NCBI RefSeq assembly: GCF_001194135.2
Contig: NC_069000.1
Coordinates: 6,300,590 to 6,364,589 of the forward strand
Length of the DNA: 64,000 nt
From: Octopus bimaculoides
Lineage: Eukaryota
Reading direction: 5' to 3'
The position numbers and the translations under genes are program-made. Shown here piece after piece: positions 26,535 to 39,600 of this stretch (the stretch's first letter is position 1; every line of letters starts with the position of its first letter). The notes under the pieces were generated by a model, which saw nothing but the letters and a program-made list of their open reading frames with translations, was not told where the DNA came from and searched no databases.

Positions 26535-29027
26535 GCAACAAGATGGAGTTAACATGTTGTCTATTTGACTTGGTCATTGTTTGATCTTATCTAATTGTTC
26601 CAGCATTTTTTTGAAATTTGATTTATGTGCTGTTTTGTTTACTAGTGATTTGCTGCAAGTTATATTTTTCCTTTCAGGAAATATTTTAGATCCTGGACAA
26701 ACATCGAAATCCATAAGTGATTCAAGTGATTCTTTTTTTCTTTCTTTTTTTTTTGTTAATCTTGCCATTAAGTCTTTCTGTACTAATTTTCATTTATAGC
26801 TTTTGAATTGACAAAACTTTTCCATAAATTAATATATTTATCTCTTTCAAAACTTAATAATCTTTCTATTTTAATGATTCTTTGCACAGTAAGGAAGGAG
26901 GTTACAAGTAACATTTAGAATAAAACTTTAGTTTAAGCATGTCAAAATTGAAATACATATATATTTATATATGTATATATATATATACTGATTGGTCATT
27001 ACAATTTTCAAATATAATGGATTTTTTCTTTTTAAAGCCTATATAAATTTAATGGTTTTTCTCTCAATATAAATCTCCAATTTGTTCACTGATTTCATTG
27101 TCTATTGTACATTAGTTTCTGCTTAAGATGGAGGCATGTTTTAAAACCTGCAATTAACCATCATAAGGATGAATTGAGCTGTTTTTTAATTAATCATTAT
27201 AAATCTTAGTGATTTAATGTGGCAAGCTGGCAGAATCGTTAGCGTGCTGGACAAAATGCCAAGCATTTCTTTTGGCACTTTAAGTTCAAATTCTGCCAAG
27301 GTCAATTTTACCTATGATCCTTCCAAGATTGTTAAAATGAGTACCTGTCAAGTACTGGCGTTGGTGTAATGCGCGCACGCACACATTCTTCAGATTTGCT
27401 GGCCTTGTGCCAAAATAAGAAGTTTTTGACAACAGCACAAGTATTTGTCAGCATTTCCTTATGGTTTTATGTTTGTATATATTTTTTTAATGCTAATAAT
27501 GCATTTCAAATATTACTATATAAATAAGGATAAGATCCATATTTTAAATAGCAATCAAATCAAGTGACAGCATGAAAGTAAAAAAGAAACTATATAGGTT
27601 ATATAATAATTATAAAAATTTATAAATAAGGGTCTCGAAGAGATACTACCATGCTTGAAATAGCAATCAAAACCTGACTCTAAAACCACATCATGTATTC
27701 AAAATACAGCACAAGGTGAAAGGACAAATAGACAAATAAAACCAGAGGGTGTGAAATTATCCAATTTTTACTGGGATTGAATTGTTCGACTAAAGGTGCA
27801 TAGCTGCAGTCAAATGACTTAAACCAGTAAAAGAATTAATCTACACACACACACAACCAGTATTTTGTGATAATGGTATTGAAAGCAAAAGGGCGGCGAA
27901 CTGGCAGAATCGTTAGCACGCTAGGCGAAATGCTTAGCGGTATTTCATGTGTCGTTGCATTCTGAGTTCAAACTCCACCAAGGTCGACTTTGCCTTTCAT
28001 CCTTTCGGGGTCGATTAAATAAGTGCCAGTTACGCACTGGGGTCGATATAATCGACTTGACTTTGTTTGTCCCCTCTATGTTTAGCCCCCTGTGGGCAAT
28101 AAAGAAAAAAATGGTATTGAAAGCAAATTGATTTGGTAAAGTCCTGCCTCCATATTTTGTCCCCGTAGGCTAATTATTCAGTGCTTGTAATGTTGATGAT
28201 TGGCTCTTGGTCAAACCCGATCTAGCACGACTATGAAGATAGGTGTTGTAGTGTAGACACCACGGTACATTATGTTGTTCAGTGTGTCCTGTCCTTTTGT
28301 GACAGTACCAATGATCACTTGAACTTTGATCGTTTACGAAGTAGTGAATCACCTTCACTTCATTGTGTCTAAAGAACAAAATTAATTTGTGAAGTGTTGG
28401 ATGCATAACAATGTCAACAGAAGAAAATTGTCAAACCTTTTTGCTCAGAATACTGTGTACACACACACAGACATGAACCCACCCATATTGTGTGGTTAAT
28501 ATGGTAACTTTGCAGCTACGTGGTTCTGGGTTTAATCCCACTGAGTGGCACCTTAGATAAATGCCTTGGGCCAACCCATCCCTTGTGAGTAAATTTTGTA
28601 GATAGAAACTGTGTGGAAACTTATATATGTATATTGCGTTTGTACCTGCACTGCTTGACGGCCTGTGTTGATTTGCATCTCTGTAATTTAGCATTCAGTG
28701 AGAGAGAGTGTTGAAGTACCAGCCAAAAAATACGTACTGGGGAGGTCGATTTGTTAGATTAAATCTTTCAAAGCAGTGCTCCAGCATGGGCTGAAGAAAG
28801 TTCAGAGAGTTGTTACAGATGTTGGTAACAAAAGGTGTGAAACAAATTGTACGATGCTTGTGTATGAGCAGGTTTGCTACGAGGTAGTGAAATGTGAGGC
28901 CAGACTGCAGGAGACTTGTGGAGATTAGAAATAAAGCTAGCCTTCTCCACTGGACATGCAATGGCCATGCGCATGGCTGAAAATTATAAATACTAGGTTG
29001 AGGAAAAAGTTTGTGTGCTGTGTTGAT

Positions 29028-29066
<39 letters not shown>

Positions 29067-32000
29067 AAGACTTTATTCAAAAACAACTACTATTCTTTAA
29101 AATAAAGACCATCATTTTCCATGACCTTCTGCTAATGATCTGCAAGCTTTCAGATTTCGTTAAAATACCAATCCCTTGGCTTTGAATTGAAAAATTCTTG
29201 ACAGGCTTCTTCAACTTCATTGAATGACTCAAATCGGTGACCTTTCATAAAGTGCTGCTTTGATCGGAAGAGACCATAGTCAGATGGAGCAATGTCTGGA
29301 CTATAGGCTGGATGCGGCAGAACTTCCACACCGTCCAATTCTTCAATCTTGTTACTGGTTTTTCTGATGGTCTGCAGTTTGCATTGTCTTGTTGAAACAA
29401 AGCGCGTCTTCGAATATAGTGAGTCACCATTGAACACGGTGATATGAGCTGAATGAACACACACACACACACCACAAAAATATATTAAAAAAGCATTATT
29501 TTAACACAGCACACAAACTTCTTCCTCAGCCTAACATGTTGAGAGAAAGATTAGGCATAAAAAGGATTGGAGATCGTGTGCTGGTATACATATGGCCAAG
29601 GAAAGCCATATTCATCTACAGCCCTTTCTAATCATCCCTCATTCCTCCATATATTCTTCCAGCCTCAGCCTCCCTACCATTCCGTTCTTGTCTGCCCCCA
29701 CTAACCTTCATCTCCCAGTTCTAGCTCTACCCTAATTACTCCCAATCACCTCTTCAACAGTGAGAAATTTGTTCCTGTCCAGTCTTTCGTACTTCTGAAC
29801 ACTTCAAGAAGTGGGAGGCTTAGAGGTCCCTCATTCACCTTGTATTGACAATGGCCCTTTGAGTGCTCAACACCATTTGTTGGATAAATATATTTGTAAA
29901 TATATTTATTTTTGGATTATCAATTCTACTATTGGTCTCATTAGTGTAATATCCACATGCACATGCTCATTCACAGACATTTCTCCATAAATACCAATAA
30001 ATGTTTTCAAGATATCCTCTCGATCAGTATAGACAGAAGCTTTTTTGCTTTTAGCCATTTAAATCTGCCATTGCACCTTTCCTATACTTCAGCTTTAATA
30101 CGGTGATGAACTTTTTCAAAGTTGTTTTCTATTTGACATTTGTTTTTTAAATCTACAAAAACCTTAAGTTTGGTCTACTTGGGTTTTACTTTTTTTACGC
30201 ATGCATCTATTTTTTTTTTCAACTTTCCATTGAAATCGTAATATTTTGTTTTTAATATTTTATAATACCCAATTTTACATTAGTAACCCTTAGCTGGTAT
30301 TTTTTTTTTTTTTTTTTTCTCCACTCCGCCACTATTATCTCTCTCTGCCTTCTCTAACATTTTGGCATCTCGCATCTTCAAGATAGATGAATCAATTTCA
30401 GTGACATGTTAAAACCCTTTATTTTTTGTACAGGTCCATCTTTTTCCACTATGAGCCCTTCTACTAAGAGCCCTACTAGTATCAGTGACGTAAGCTCTAG
30501 CTCAACACGTGACACTACTGTCACTGTGACCAATGTTGTAACTTCAGTGACCACTGGTGAAAAGCTGTTACATTGTTTTTTTGCATGCTTGAAACCACAT
30601 CTACTTATAATTTATCTGTCTTTTTTAATATTTTCAAACCTTTTATCTACTTACTGTTGTAAATATATCTCTCTCTTAGACAGTGACACTTCGTTTCATC
30701 CTGCTTCTCTTTGTCCACTTGAAAAGAAGCTTTTTCTCTCATTTTTGTCTTTCCAAATTAATCCCTGGATTCGTCCATTTTCTCCTCAACACTAACTACA
30801 GTTTTATTAATCATTCATTTCTAGTTCACACACTCGTTTCTCTTTGTTTCTTATTTGGTCCGACCAATGAATTCTGACTTCTCTCTGATATGTTCATGCA
30901 GTCTTTGCATCACCCATCTTCTACACATACACACGTGTCTGTGTGTATATGATTTGTTGTGACTCCAGCCCCCTACATTTTCTCACTAATGATAGGAGTA
31001 AGACTTCATTTTTAATGATTTCAGCTATTGAAATTGTCTTAAATATTTCTTAACTCTCTTTCTGACCTTTTTTTTTTTTGTTTTTGTTTTTATTTAAATG
31101 GCGAATATAATGTATTGATAATGAAATTTCCCAATTGTGGCTTCACTGCTGATTTGATCATGTCATTGTTAATATTATTATTACCATTATTATTATTATT
31201 AATCATTGCTTACTCTTGACTTGTGATGTTTCTCCCTCAGTCAATCTCTTCACAAATTAAACGTTTACCGAATGAACTTTCATATTAATGTTCTACTTCA
31301 TCTGTACTACTACTACTACTACTATGATGATGATAATCATAATTATGCATGCCTGGCTCATTTCTTTTTCTTTGTCTGTCTGTCTTGTTTGTCTTTTTTT
31401 TATTTTTGTATGTTTTTCCTTTTTGTTTTTAATATTCAGTTTCACTAACTGTGTACATATTTACTACTACCTGTATTTTTTAAATGTCTCCGTTTCACTT
31501 AACATTCTTTACATTAGTAATAAATGGTGAGGATTGTTATTCAATGCTGTTATACAATTTGCTTGGGTTGTTAGAATTGTGTGTGTGTGTGTGTGTGTGT
31601 GTGTATACCATATTTGCCAGTGTGTAAAGATGCAGTTTTTTATTTTTAAATGTATAAAAAAAAACTTGCTCTGCATCTAATGCAGTCGTACTATGTATGG
31701 AAGGCCAAGAGTTGTGTGTTGTAGGCTCGGGAACTTAATGAGCATAAGTCTGCTGGGCACAATAATTGTTACCCATAAAATATTGAAAACCGGCCAAAAT
31801 ATCACAAACTGTTAACACAAATTTGTGGGAAATTGCTTACAGCAATCAGCAGTTATAAATGAAGAAGTCTCATCCTTTCCGATCTCGTTCCTCAGCATAC
31901 GTAACTCGCACCTGATATGTGATTTACATTTTACTTAATGGCTGTTGTTTTTAAGAACTTTTCTTTAAATTGGTCTGAATGAAAGGTGAACGGAATGTTA

Positions 32001-34422
32001 AACTTTCATCTGCCTGTCAGCTGTGTGCAGTGAGTTGATGACAATATAAAAATTGAAATATTTGCAGGAACGTGGTTTACTCATGTTAGATATATGGCTT
32101 CATATTTTATTCCATTGTACTGTCGCAGAATCATATTTATATGCACACACAATCAATACACCTTTTCCCCTACAAAACCACTTTAAGATATCTTTCAGTA
32201 ACGTATGATGAAACATACTAAATCTCCCCCACACACAAATTACCTTTTTTAAAATAGGAGTGTGTTTTATATGCAGGCAAATATGGTATATCTTGTGTAT
32301 GAATCAAGTGGTTGCTCTTGTCACAAATTACATTTCATGGGCAATGTCTTAACCATTTATTGAATATTTAACATTTCCTTTCTGAAAGTTGCATGTGTGT
32401 AACATATATGTGTAATGTGTGTGTAAAAACTTTTCTCTTTCCTTGCAAATGTTTCGAATCTTATTCTACTAAAACTCCTGTTTTCCAACAATGGATTGGA
32501 ACAATCCTCAGAGCACTGCAGTATTTCTTTCTGCTCTCCACATTTTTTTTCTAACTTGCAATCAATGATGGGCCTGGGATGATTTAATTTTCACTTAAAT
32601 CTTACATTGTGTGGGCAGACGGTGGTGGTGGTGGTGGTGGTGGTGGTGGTGGTGCTTATTTCTCTTCTCTTACTCCTTCCTCTCTCTGTTTCCTCTTTCT
32701 GCTACTCACCTTCTGGTGGGAATTTTAGGTATCTGTAAGGTCAAAGAGCTATTATTTCTGAGAAAATGGAGCAATTTACATTTGACACAAGCATTTATTG
32801 TAAATGACATCTGGTTAAGTCAGTCACTCGTCATCATCATCATCATCAGTAACTTTTCTGTATTTTAAGGACATAATGTTAATGATGGTGCAGCCAATAG
32901 CAACCTCTCCCACTTGCCCTCTCATTCTCTTGCACCCCTCTCTCTCTCTCGAATCTCTAGGAATCATTCAGGTTTGATGAGAGAGAGAGAGAGAGAAAGA
33001 GAAATGTGATTTAGATTGTGTGTTTGATAGTTTAGGTATATTTCATCATTATGTTGAAAAAGACAGTTTGCTCTGACCCAGAAACTAGACACAGTATCAG
33101 TCTACAATCTGATAATCAAACAGTCGTTGTTCCACCCACCTTTTCCTCCCTTCTGTTTTTGAATCATACATCATGGCAGCAGTATGCTGATAATGGTATT
33201 ATGTCTTCCGTCTTTTGGGAAATTGTGAAAACGATGACCTTTTTGAAAGATTTAAACTAAAATTTATAAACAGTTTTCACGTTGCTTAAGTGACTGTCAC
33301 TGCTGTGTGTGTGTGTATGTGTGTATATATGTATATATATATATATGTATGTATGTATGTATATAGTGATGCTCGGTCAAATTTGTTTGTGCAAGTATAA
33401 TTGGATTGGACGTGTATTTATTGAAAGCAAATTTGAGGATCTTTTCATTTCCCTGAGGAGACAACAGTTTGTGTAAAAATCAAATTGATTTTAAGTTTTA
33501 AGTTTTTGATGCTTTTGAGTCCTGCCAGTCAGTTGTGAGTAAACAGATCTATGACCAAAACATGAACCATGTTTGATGCATATTGATATTAAAGATACTA
33601 TATTGCNNNNNNNNNNNNNNNNNNNNNNNNNGGGGGGGCATGTAGCAGAACATTGAACTAAGGAATACCACAAAGTACTTTACATTCCATGTAGAAAACA
33701 GCTTTATATTCCATGTTGCAGAAGAATATACAGAACTGAAGAATATCCAAAACTGTTTTGCTTTATGTAGTAGAACATAGTTTTGTTATTATTAAGGCAG
33801 TGAGCTGGTAGAATTGTTAGCATGCCAGGTAAAATGCCTAGTGGTATTTCATCTGTCCTTACATTTTTGTGTTCAAATTCTAGTATGGTCAACTTTACCT
33901 TTCATCCTTTCAGAGCTGATAAAATAAGTTCCAGTGAAGCACTGGGGGTTGGTGTAAACAACTGACCCCATTCCCTCAAAGTTGCTTGCCTTGTGTCCAC
34001 ATTTGAAACTTATTATTATTAAGGAATACAGAAAATTACTTTACATTCCTTGTGGCAGAACATTGGACTATAAAATATGTTTAGAAAGAAATAATTTGGG
34101 GAAGTTTGGACCATGTAAGTGTTGTTGGTCAGCTAACAGCACCACCATTTACACTGCTTGCTGTAGAGAATATGGGCCCCGTGAAAGAGGTACAGGATGA
34201 CCATGAAGAAAGAGGTTGGAAGATGGTGGGAGAAAATGAGGTTGATAGAGTGACAGTGAAAGACAGGAGGAAGAAGAGGCAGTTGTCTTTTTGTTGGGGA
34301 CTTTACAAACTACCTGGGTTATTGATCTTGATTGATTGATTTCTAATGATGTTATGGTTGTGCTCGAAGTGGAGAGAATTTATTTGGGAATGTTGGGCCT
34401 GGTTGATGATAGAGAACCAATT

Positions 34423-34455
<33 letters not shown>

Positions 34456-36597
34456 AAACTGTTTTGAATGCTGTGAATACTGAAAAATCAATAACATGAC
34501 TGAAAACTGGTGTTCAAACACTGGTAAATGCTTATTTATGGTTTCCCACCACCTCTCAAAGTAATACAAATAAGATTCTCAGAGATAGTCTTCAACATTT
34601 TCAGGTTTGAGAAGTCTTTGAGTTCATTTTTTTTATAAATTTTAATTGAAGTGCTTTCAGCATTAGCCCCTTGTGAATGTTCCCTTCTCCCCTCAGTGAG
34701 ACTTCCTTTTTAATCCTTTACCTATTCAGGCCATATTCCTCTTTGTTTTTTCCCCCCCGGGAATTTTGAAGCTTCACTTTTGACTATCTGAATATCTCAT
34801 GTAGTGAGAATTGGTAAATTCCATGTGAAAATCCAGTCCAGCTAAACATTGATCAGACAGAATAAAGATAGAATTTGACTGTTTACCAATGTCTGCTTGC
34901 AGATAGCGCTATTTTAGGTGTTGTTTTGTGTTCACCCACACCCTCCCTCCCCCTCAATGTTTCAACAATGAACTTAACACAACTCAACACTTTTAAAGGG
35001 ATATGAGAAAAATGGAAATTGCTTTCAAATTTTAGATTTTAATAATGATGGATGGCTTGAGGGCACAGATGAAGTTTCAAGCGAAAAGTGTCAAATGAAG
35101 GGCCTTAGTCCTTGATCAGCTGACAGTAATACTGATGGGATTAGATTCACAGATAATTTCAGATGATTCCCTTAATTTTTAAGTACAGGCACTAGTCATT
35201 TCCTTGCATCCAGGGGCTGATAGACTGAAAGATGTAGCAATGTTTAATAGTAGCTCCTTGCTTTGATATACTGGGGTACACGACACTGATATGTTGCTTT
35301 CTTATTATTTTCTACTGTTAAGTATGTCATTTGATAAAATATATTTCTCTTTTCTTCTAATTGAACCTACAACATAATTACTAAGCTGCAGTGAAGAAAG
35401 CTTTAATTATAAAACAGTTGACTTGTTGTAACCTGTTTAAAAGCACTGGAATATTGATAAGAAATCAAAACACTGTTGCAACTTCAGATATTTGAATCAG
35501 TACCTAGTAGAGGTGAAGGTAGTTGGAATAAGCTAAATGCATTTGTTCTTGGAGAATATAGGTGTGACTGTTTCTATTGATAATGTCTGCTTGCCCTGTT
35601 AGACAGAACTAGGTCCCCAAAAGCTCAAGAAAGTAAGTATTTAAAATAGATTTGATATCATTGGGCTTTGTGGGAAAACTCTACTCCGTATGAGCACTTT
35701 TCATTCTGTAAATATGGAACAACATATTGAAATGTCAAGATTTTGGAGGTGAAACAAACTATAGAAATTTTCTCCCCGTGTCAGCTGTCAAGCAAACTAA
35801 AGACAACTTTGAGGAAATACTGCCATAAAGTTCCAGTAGTGTGACTGTGTCTGCACGATTCTGGTTTCAATATCACCGCTGTACAGCACATAGCCTTGGC
35901 ATGACTAAAGCCTTGAAGGTGAAATTTGCTTGACAAAACCCATGCAAACTTGCTGTCTGTGTCTGGGAGAAACTACTTGTGGAAATTGAGCACAAATACC
36001 TTATTACATTCAATTATACCCAGGTGGACTTTAGTGTTCATAAAATACTTCCCAGAGAAGTACTAACACTTGAAAGTGGTGCTATTACACAAAGAGTGAA
36101 TTAACCAATTTCTAACATGGTTTGCGGTTGAGATTATTAATATAATTTCTATCATACATAACACGTTGAGTTCAGAGATTTGTCTTATAACTCTAATTGA
36201 TATAGTAATTACTGCTCATTATTAAAATTTTTTGACATTTTGCAAGTGTTTCAAAGTTAGTATAAAATTGGATGTTTTATTAGTTTTGCTTCCATTTTTG
36301 CTTTGGATTTGTATATGTGTCTGAGTGTATACACAAATGTGTATGAGAGTGTATACACAAATGTGTGTGTGTGTGTGTGTATGTATACATACACATATAC
36401 AATAGTCTATATTTTACTTAGTATCAAGAATTTTGTTTTTAGTCCAAACAATAAGAAGCAGCATGAGTTATGTAAAGCTTCATCTAATGGGTCTTCATCC
36501 AGTGCATTCCCTTTTTTTTTTTTATTATTCCAGTATATGATTATTTTTTCTCTCTTCGATTCTACACTTAGTTTGCCATTTGCTTGTCTCTGCTTCA

Positions 36598-36637
<40 letters not shown>

Positions 36638-39600
36638 AAAACTTCGTACATTAATCTCATGCTAACTCCTTATCTTTTTTTTTGTTTGTTTTTGATCAGT
36701 TTATTTTACTAATGTCATAATAGGTGTATTTTTATGAACTAGTTCAATGCATTTCTTTCTCATTTCTGGTTTATACAGACTCTATATACTTATGTATTTT
36801 TTATACACCTAAAGGATTTAATTATACATTTATGCTACATTCTCTTCAATGATTTCATCTTGTTTTCTATTCACTGTCAAGATTTTTACACCCACATACT
36901 ATTTTAGGGGTTGTGGTGTGCAGTAATATAATTGTATTGTTACACATCTACCATGGTTCGATTTTAGCAGTATCCTTCAGATTTTTTATTTATTCATTGA
37001 TTCATGAGAAAGAATGATATTCTTTTGCTGTGAAAATACCACTTTGTAATTAGTTATTCTGGTGTTTTCTGCAACCATGATTTGTAAAAGTAAATTAAAA
37101 ATGAACAAATGCAAAAATTCAGCCAGTTAAATTTTAGTGTAGCACTCTGAAGATGCAGTTTCAATGATGGCAACCTTGAAAATGCTTCTGGTTAGAAAGG
37201 ATTTTGTAGTTGAGCATCTCCTGTGGAACTTATTAGTGACTGCACCTTTATCAGTTGAAACCCTGCCAAGGTCCTTCTAGCATGGTTGATAAAATAATCA
37301 CCAGCACAGGTGTTGATTTAATCTTTGAAACATGTAGCACTGTTTATAGTCGACTGGAAGTACTGAGCTAAAATCTCATTCAGTATTTAATGTCCTTCCT
37401 CTAGACTTCAACCCATTTGTTTCATTTGAAATACACTGATTTTTGTTGCAATTAGTTTTGGAAATAATGATGAATTTAGTCAAATAATTTGGTCGTTATT
37501 AGGATGGTTTTTGGAGTATAAATTAACATGTAATTTTTATGGAAGTATCATTTTAAGATAAGCAGTCTCAAGATGGTTGGTGTCAAAAGGGTTAACGATT
37601 GAAGTCTTTTGTTAATCTATTCCCAGGTTAATCTTGATCCCGGCAAATGTACAATCAAAGATGTCCCACCTGTGACCATTTTGCTCTTATGCTGTAAATG
37701 TTGGGGGGTTATATCTTCCCATTAAGACAATAGGGCATAATTTGAGAGACTTTAGCTGTTATTTCTAGTGACCATGTAGAGGTATTACCTGCAGTAATAC
37801 AGCGTCAATGTTGGAAGTAGTTGAGATGGCACAGTGAGGTTTATCAGTTAAAGAGGTCAAATCCTGCCTCTGTCAAATCAGTCACCTGTGTTAGAGTGGG
37901 GGTTTTCATTGGCTTATGTTAATGTAGCTAATTAAATCAATCCAACCAGCGTACAATCATTATCTATAATTAATTAACTAGTTTTTGTTTTGTTATTTCG
38001 GTGTTACACATTTAAAGTAATCACTATATTTAACACAAGTTAACCTTTATTAATTATAGCTGGCAAAATCGTTAGCATGCCGGACAAAATGTTGGCGGCA
38101 TTTTGTCCGTTTTTACATTCGAAGTTCCACCAAGGTCGACTTTACCTTTCATCCTTTTGGGGGTTGATAAAACAAGTACCAGTTGAGCACTGGGGGTTGA
38201 TGTAATCGACTTATCCCCTCCCTGAAATTGCTGGCCTTGTGCCAAAATTTGAAATCATTAATTATGGCTATTATGTTGGTAAAAACAAAGTTTACAAAAC
38301 AGTTATTCCATTTGATTTTAAATGTTGTGTGTGTGTGTATGTATGTATATATAAATAAAATGCGTGTGTGTATTCACTTGCATATTTTTTATTTCTTGGT
38401 TTTATTTTTGCTTTTAGACATGCACACATGCCTACACACATTTTTTTGTTTTGGTTTTTGTCAACTTTTTAGCTTCAAGTCCCTTTAGACCCTAGTAGTA
38501 TTAGACCAACACTTGAGTCCCAACTATATTTTCCTTTATCTACTAGTATAGTTTCCCCCATACACATAGCCATTAGTTGTTGCAGCAGCAGTAGTAGTAG
38601 TAGCAGCCATGCACCACTTTCTGTCCTTGTTAGCAAGTACTTGTTGCACCTGAGCATTCTAGACAAGGTTTTACTTTATTCTTAGTACCACTTTCAAAAC
38701 CAAATAACTGTTGCTGTGATGTTTATTAATGACTTTTGTATGTACTATTTATTATAATTGTTATTATTTCATGAGTTTTTATCTATTTCAATGATCATCT
38801 CAGCTTCTATTATTTAACTTGTGCAGATATATAAACCCACAAGCTTATTTAGATTGTCTTTATGCAATTTATGTTTAAATTTATAAGTTCTTTTTTTCAT
38901 TTACTTAATGTTAATTTGGAGGAACTTGTGTACACCTGTGTAATGGTTTACCTGAGATAAATTTAGTAATTAATTGTTAATGAGTGGAACCATTACGTTA
39001 TATCGGACATGTATGTCCACATTCAGAAGGTATAAGCCTTGATAACAATGATCAAAATGGAGGCACAAGCTATTAGATTTGGGAATATCCATGACATTGG
39101 TTAAGTAATCAAGAAAATTGTAATTTTACCCCAGGCAACTCAATATTTAATTTTCAAAATGGTTTTAATAAGAGTAAGGATAAATGTCATTGAGAAGTTT
39201 TTTCACATGGTTTATTTGCTTTTTCCCTTCAGTGTGTGTGTGTTTTATCTTTTGTTTTTCCCATAGGGTCGTGTTTTAGATTTAGAATTAATTGTGCATT
39301 AATTATGAAATGCAAAATGAATACGTTTAATAGGATGTGTGTATATAGAGAGATAGAGATGTAATTTTCAGAGTTGGAAGTTCAGTTTCACCCCATCATT
39401 ATTAGATGTTAGTGTTTCTACAGGAAAGCTCTTTAAATTTTATCAGTGTTTAGTGTTGTTAAATGTTTTTCTCCCTTAACTAAAATAGAAAAAGAACAAA
39501 AAAAAGCATTTCTGTTTGTCAATATATTTTTAAGTAGTTACAGTAATAATGTTATTAGAATTATTGTTTAACATTCTGAGCTCAAATCTGCTGATGTCAG

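Noticed and set aside
32729-32734. Additional frame-preserving microexon candidates (6 nt here; 21 nt at 19351-19371; 15 nt at 36779-36793; 33 nt near 17720)
   Set aside because: Weak donor or weak acceptor in each case; indistinguishable from background without RNA data
36478-36665. GPI-signal-like translation ASSNGSSSSAFPFFFLLFQYMIIFSLF
   Set aside because: The only phase-compatible AG lacks a pyrimidine tract, and the hydrophobic run derives from poly-T and (CT)n
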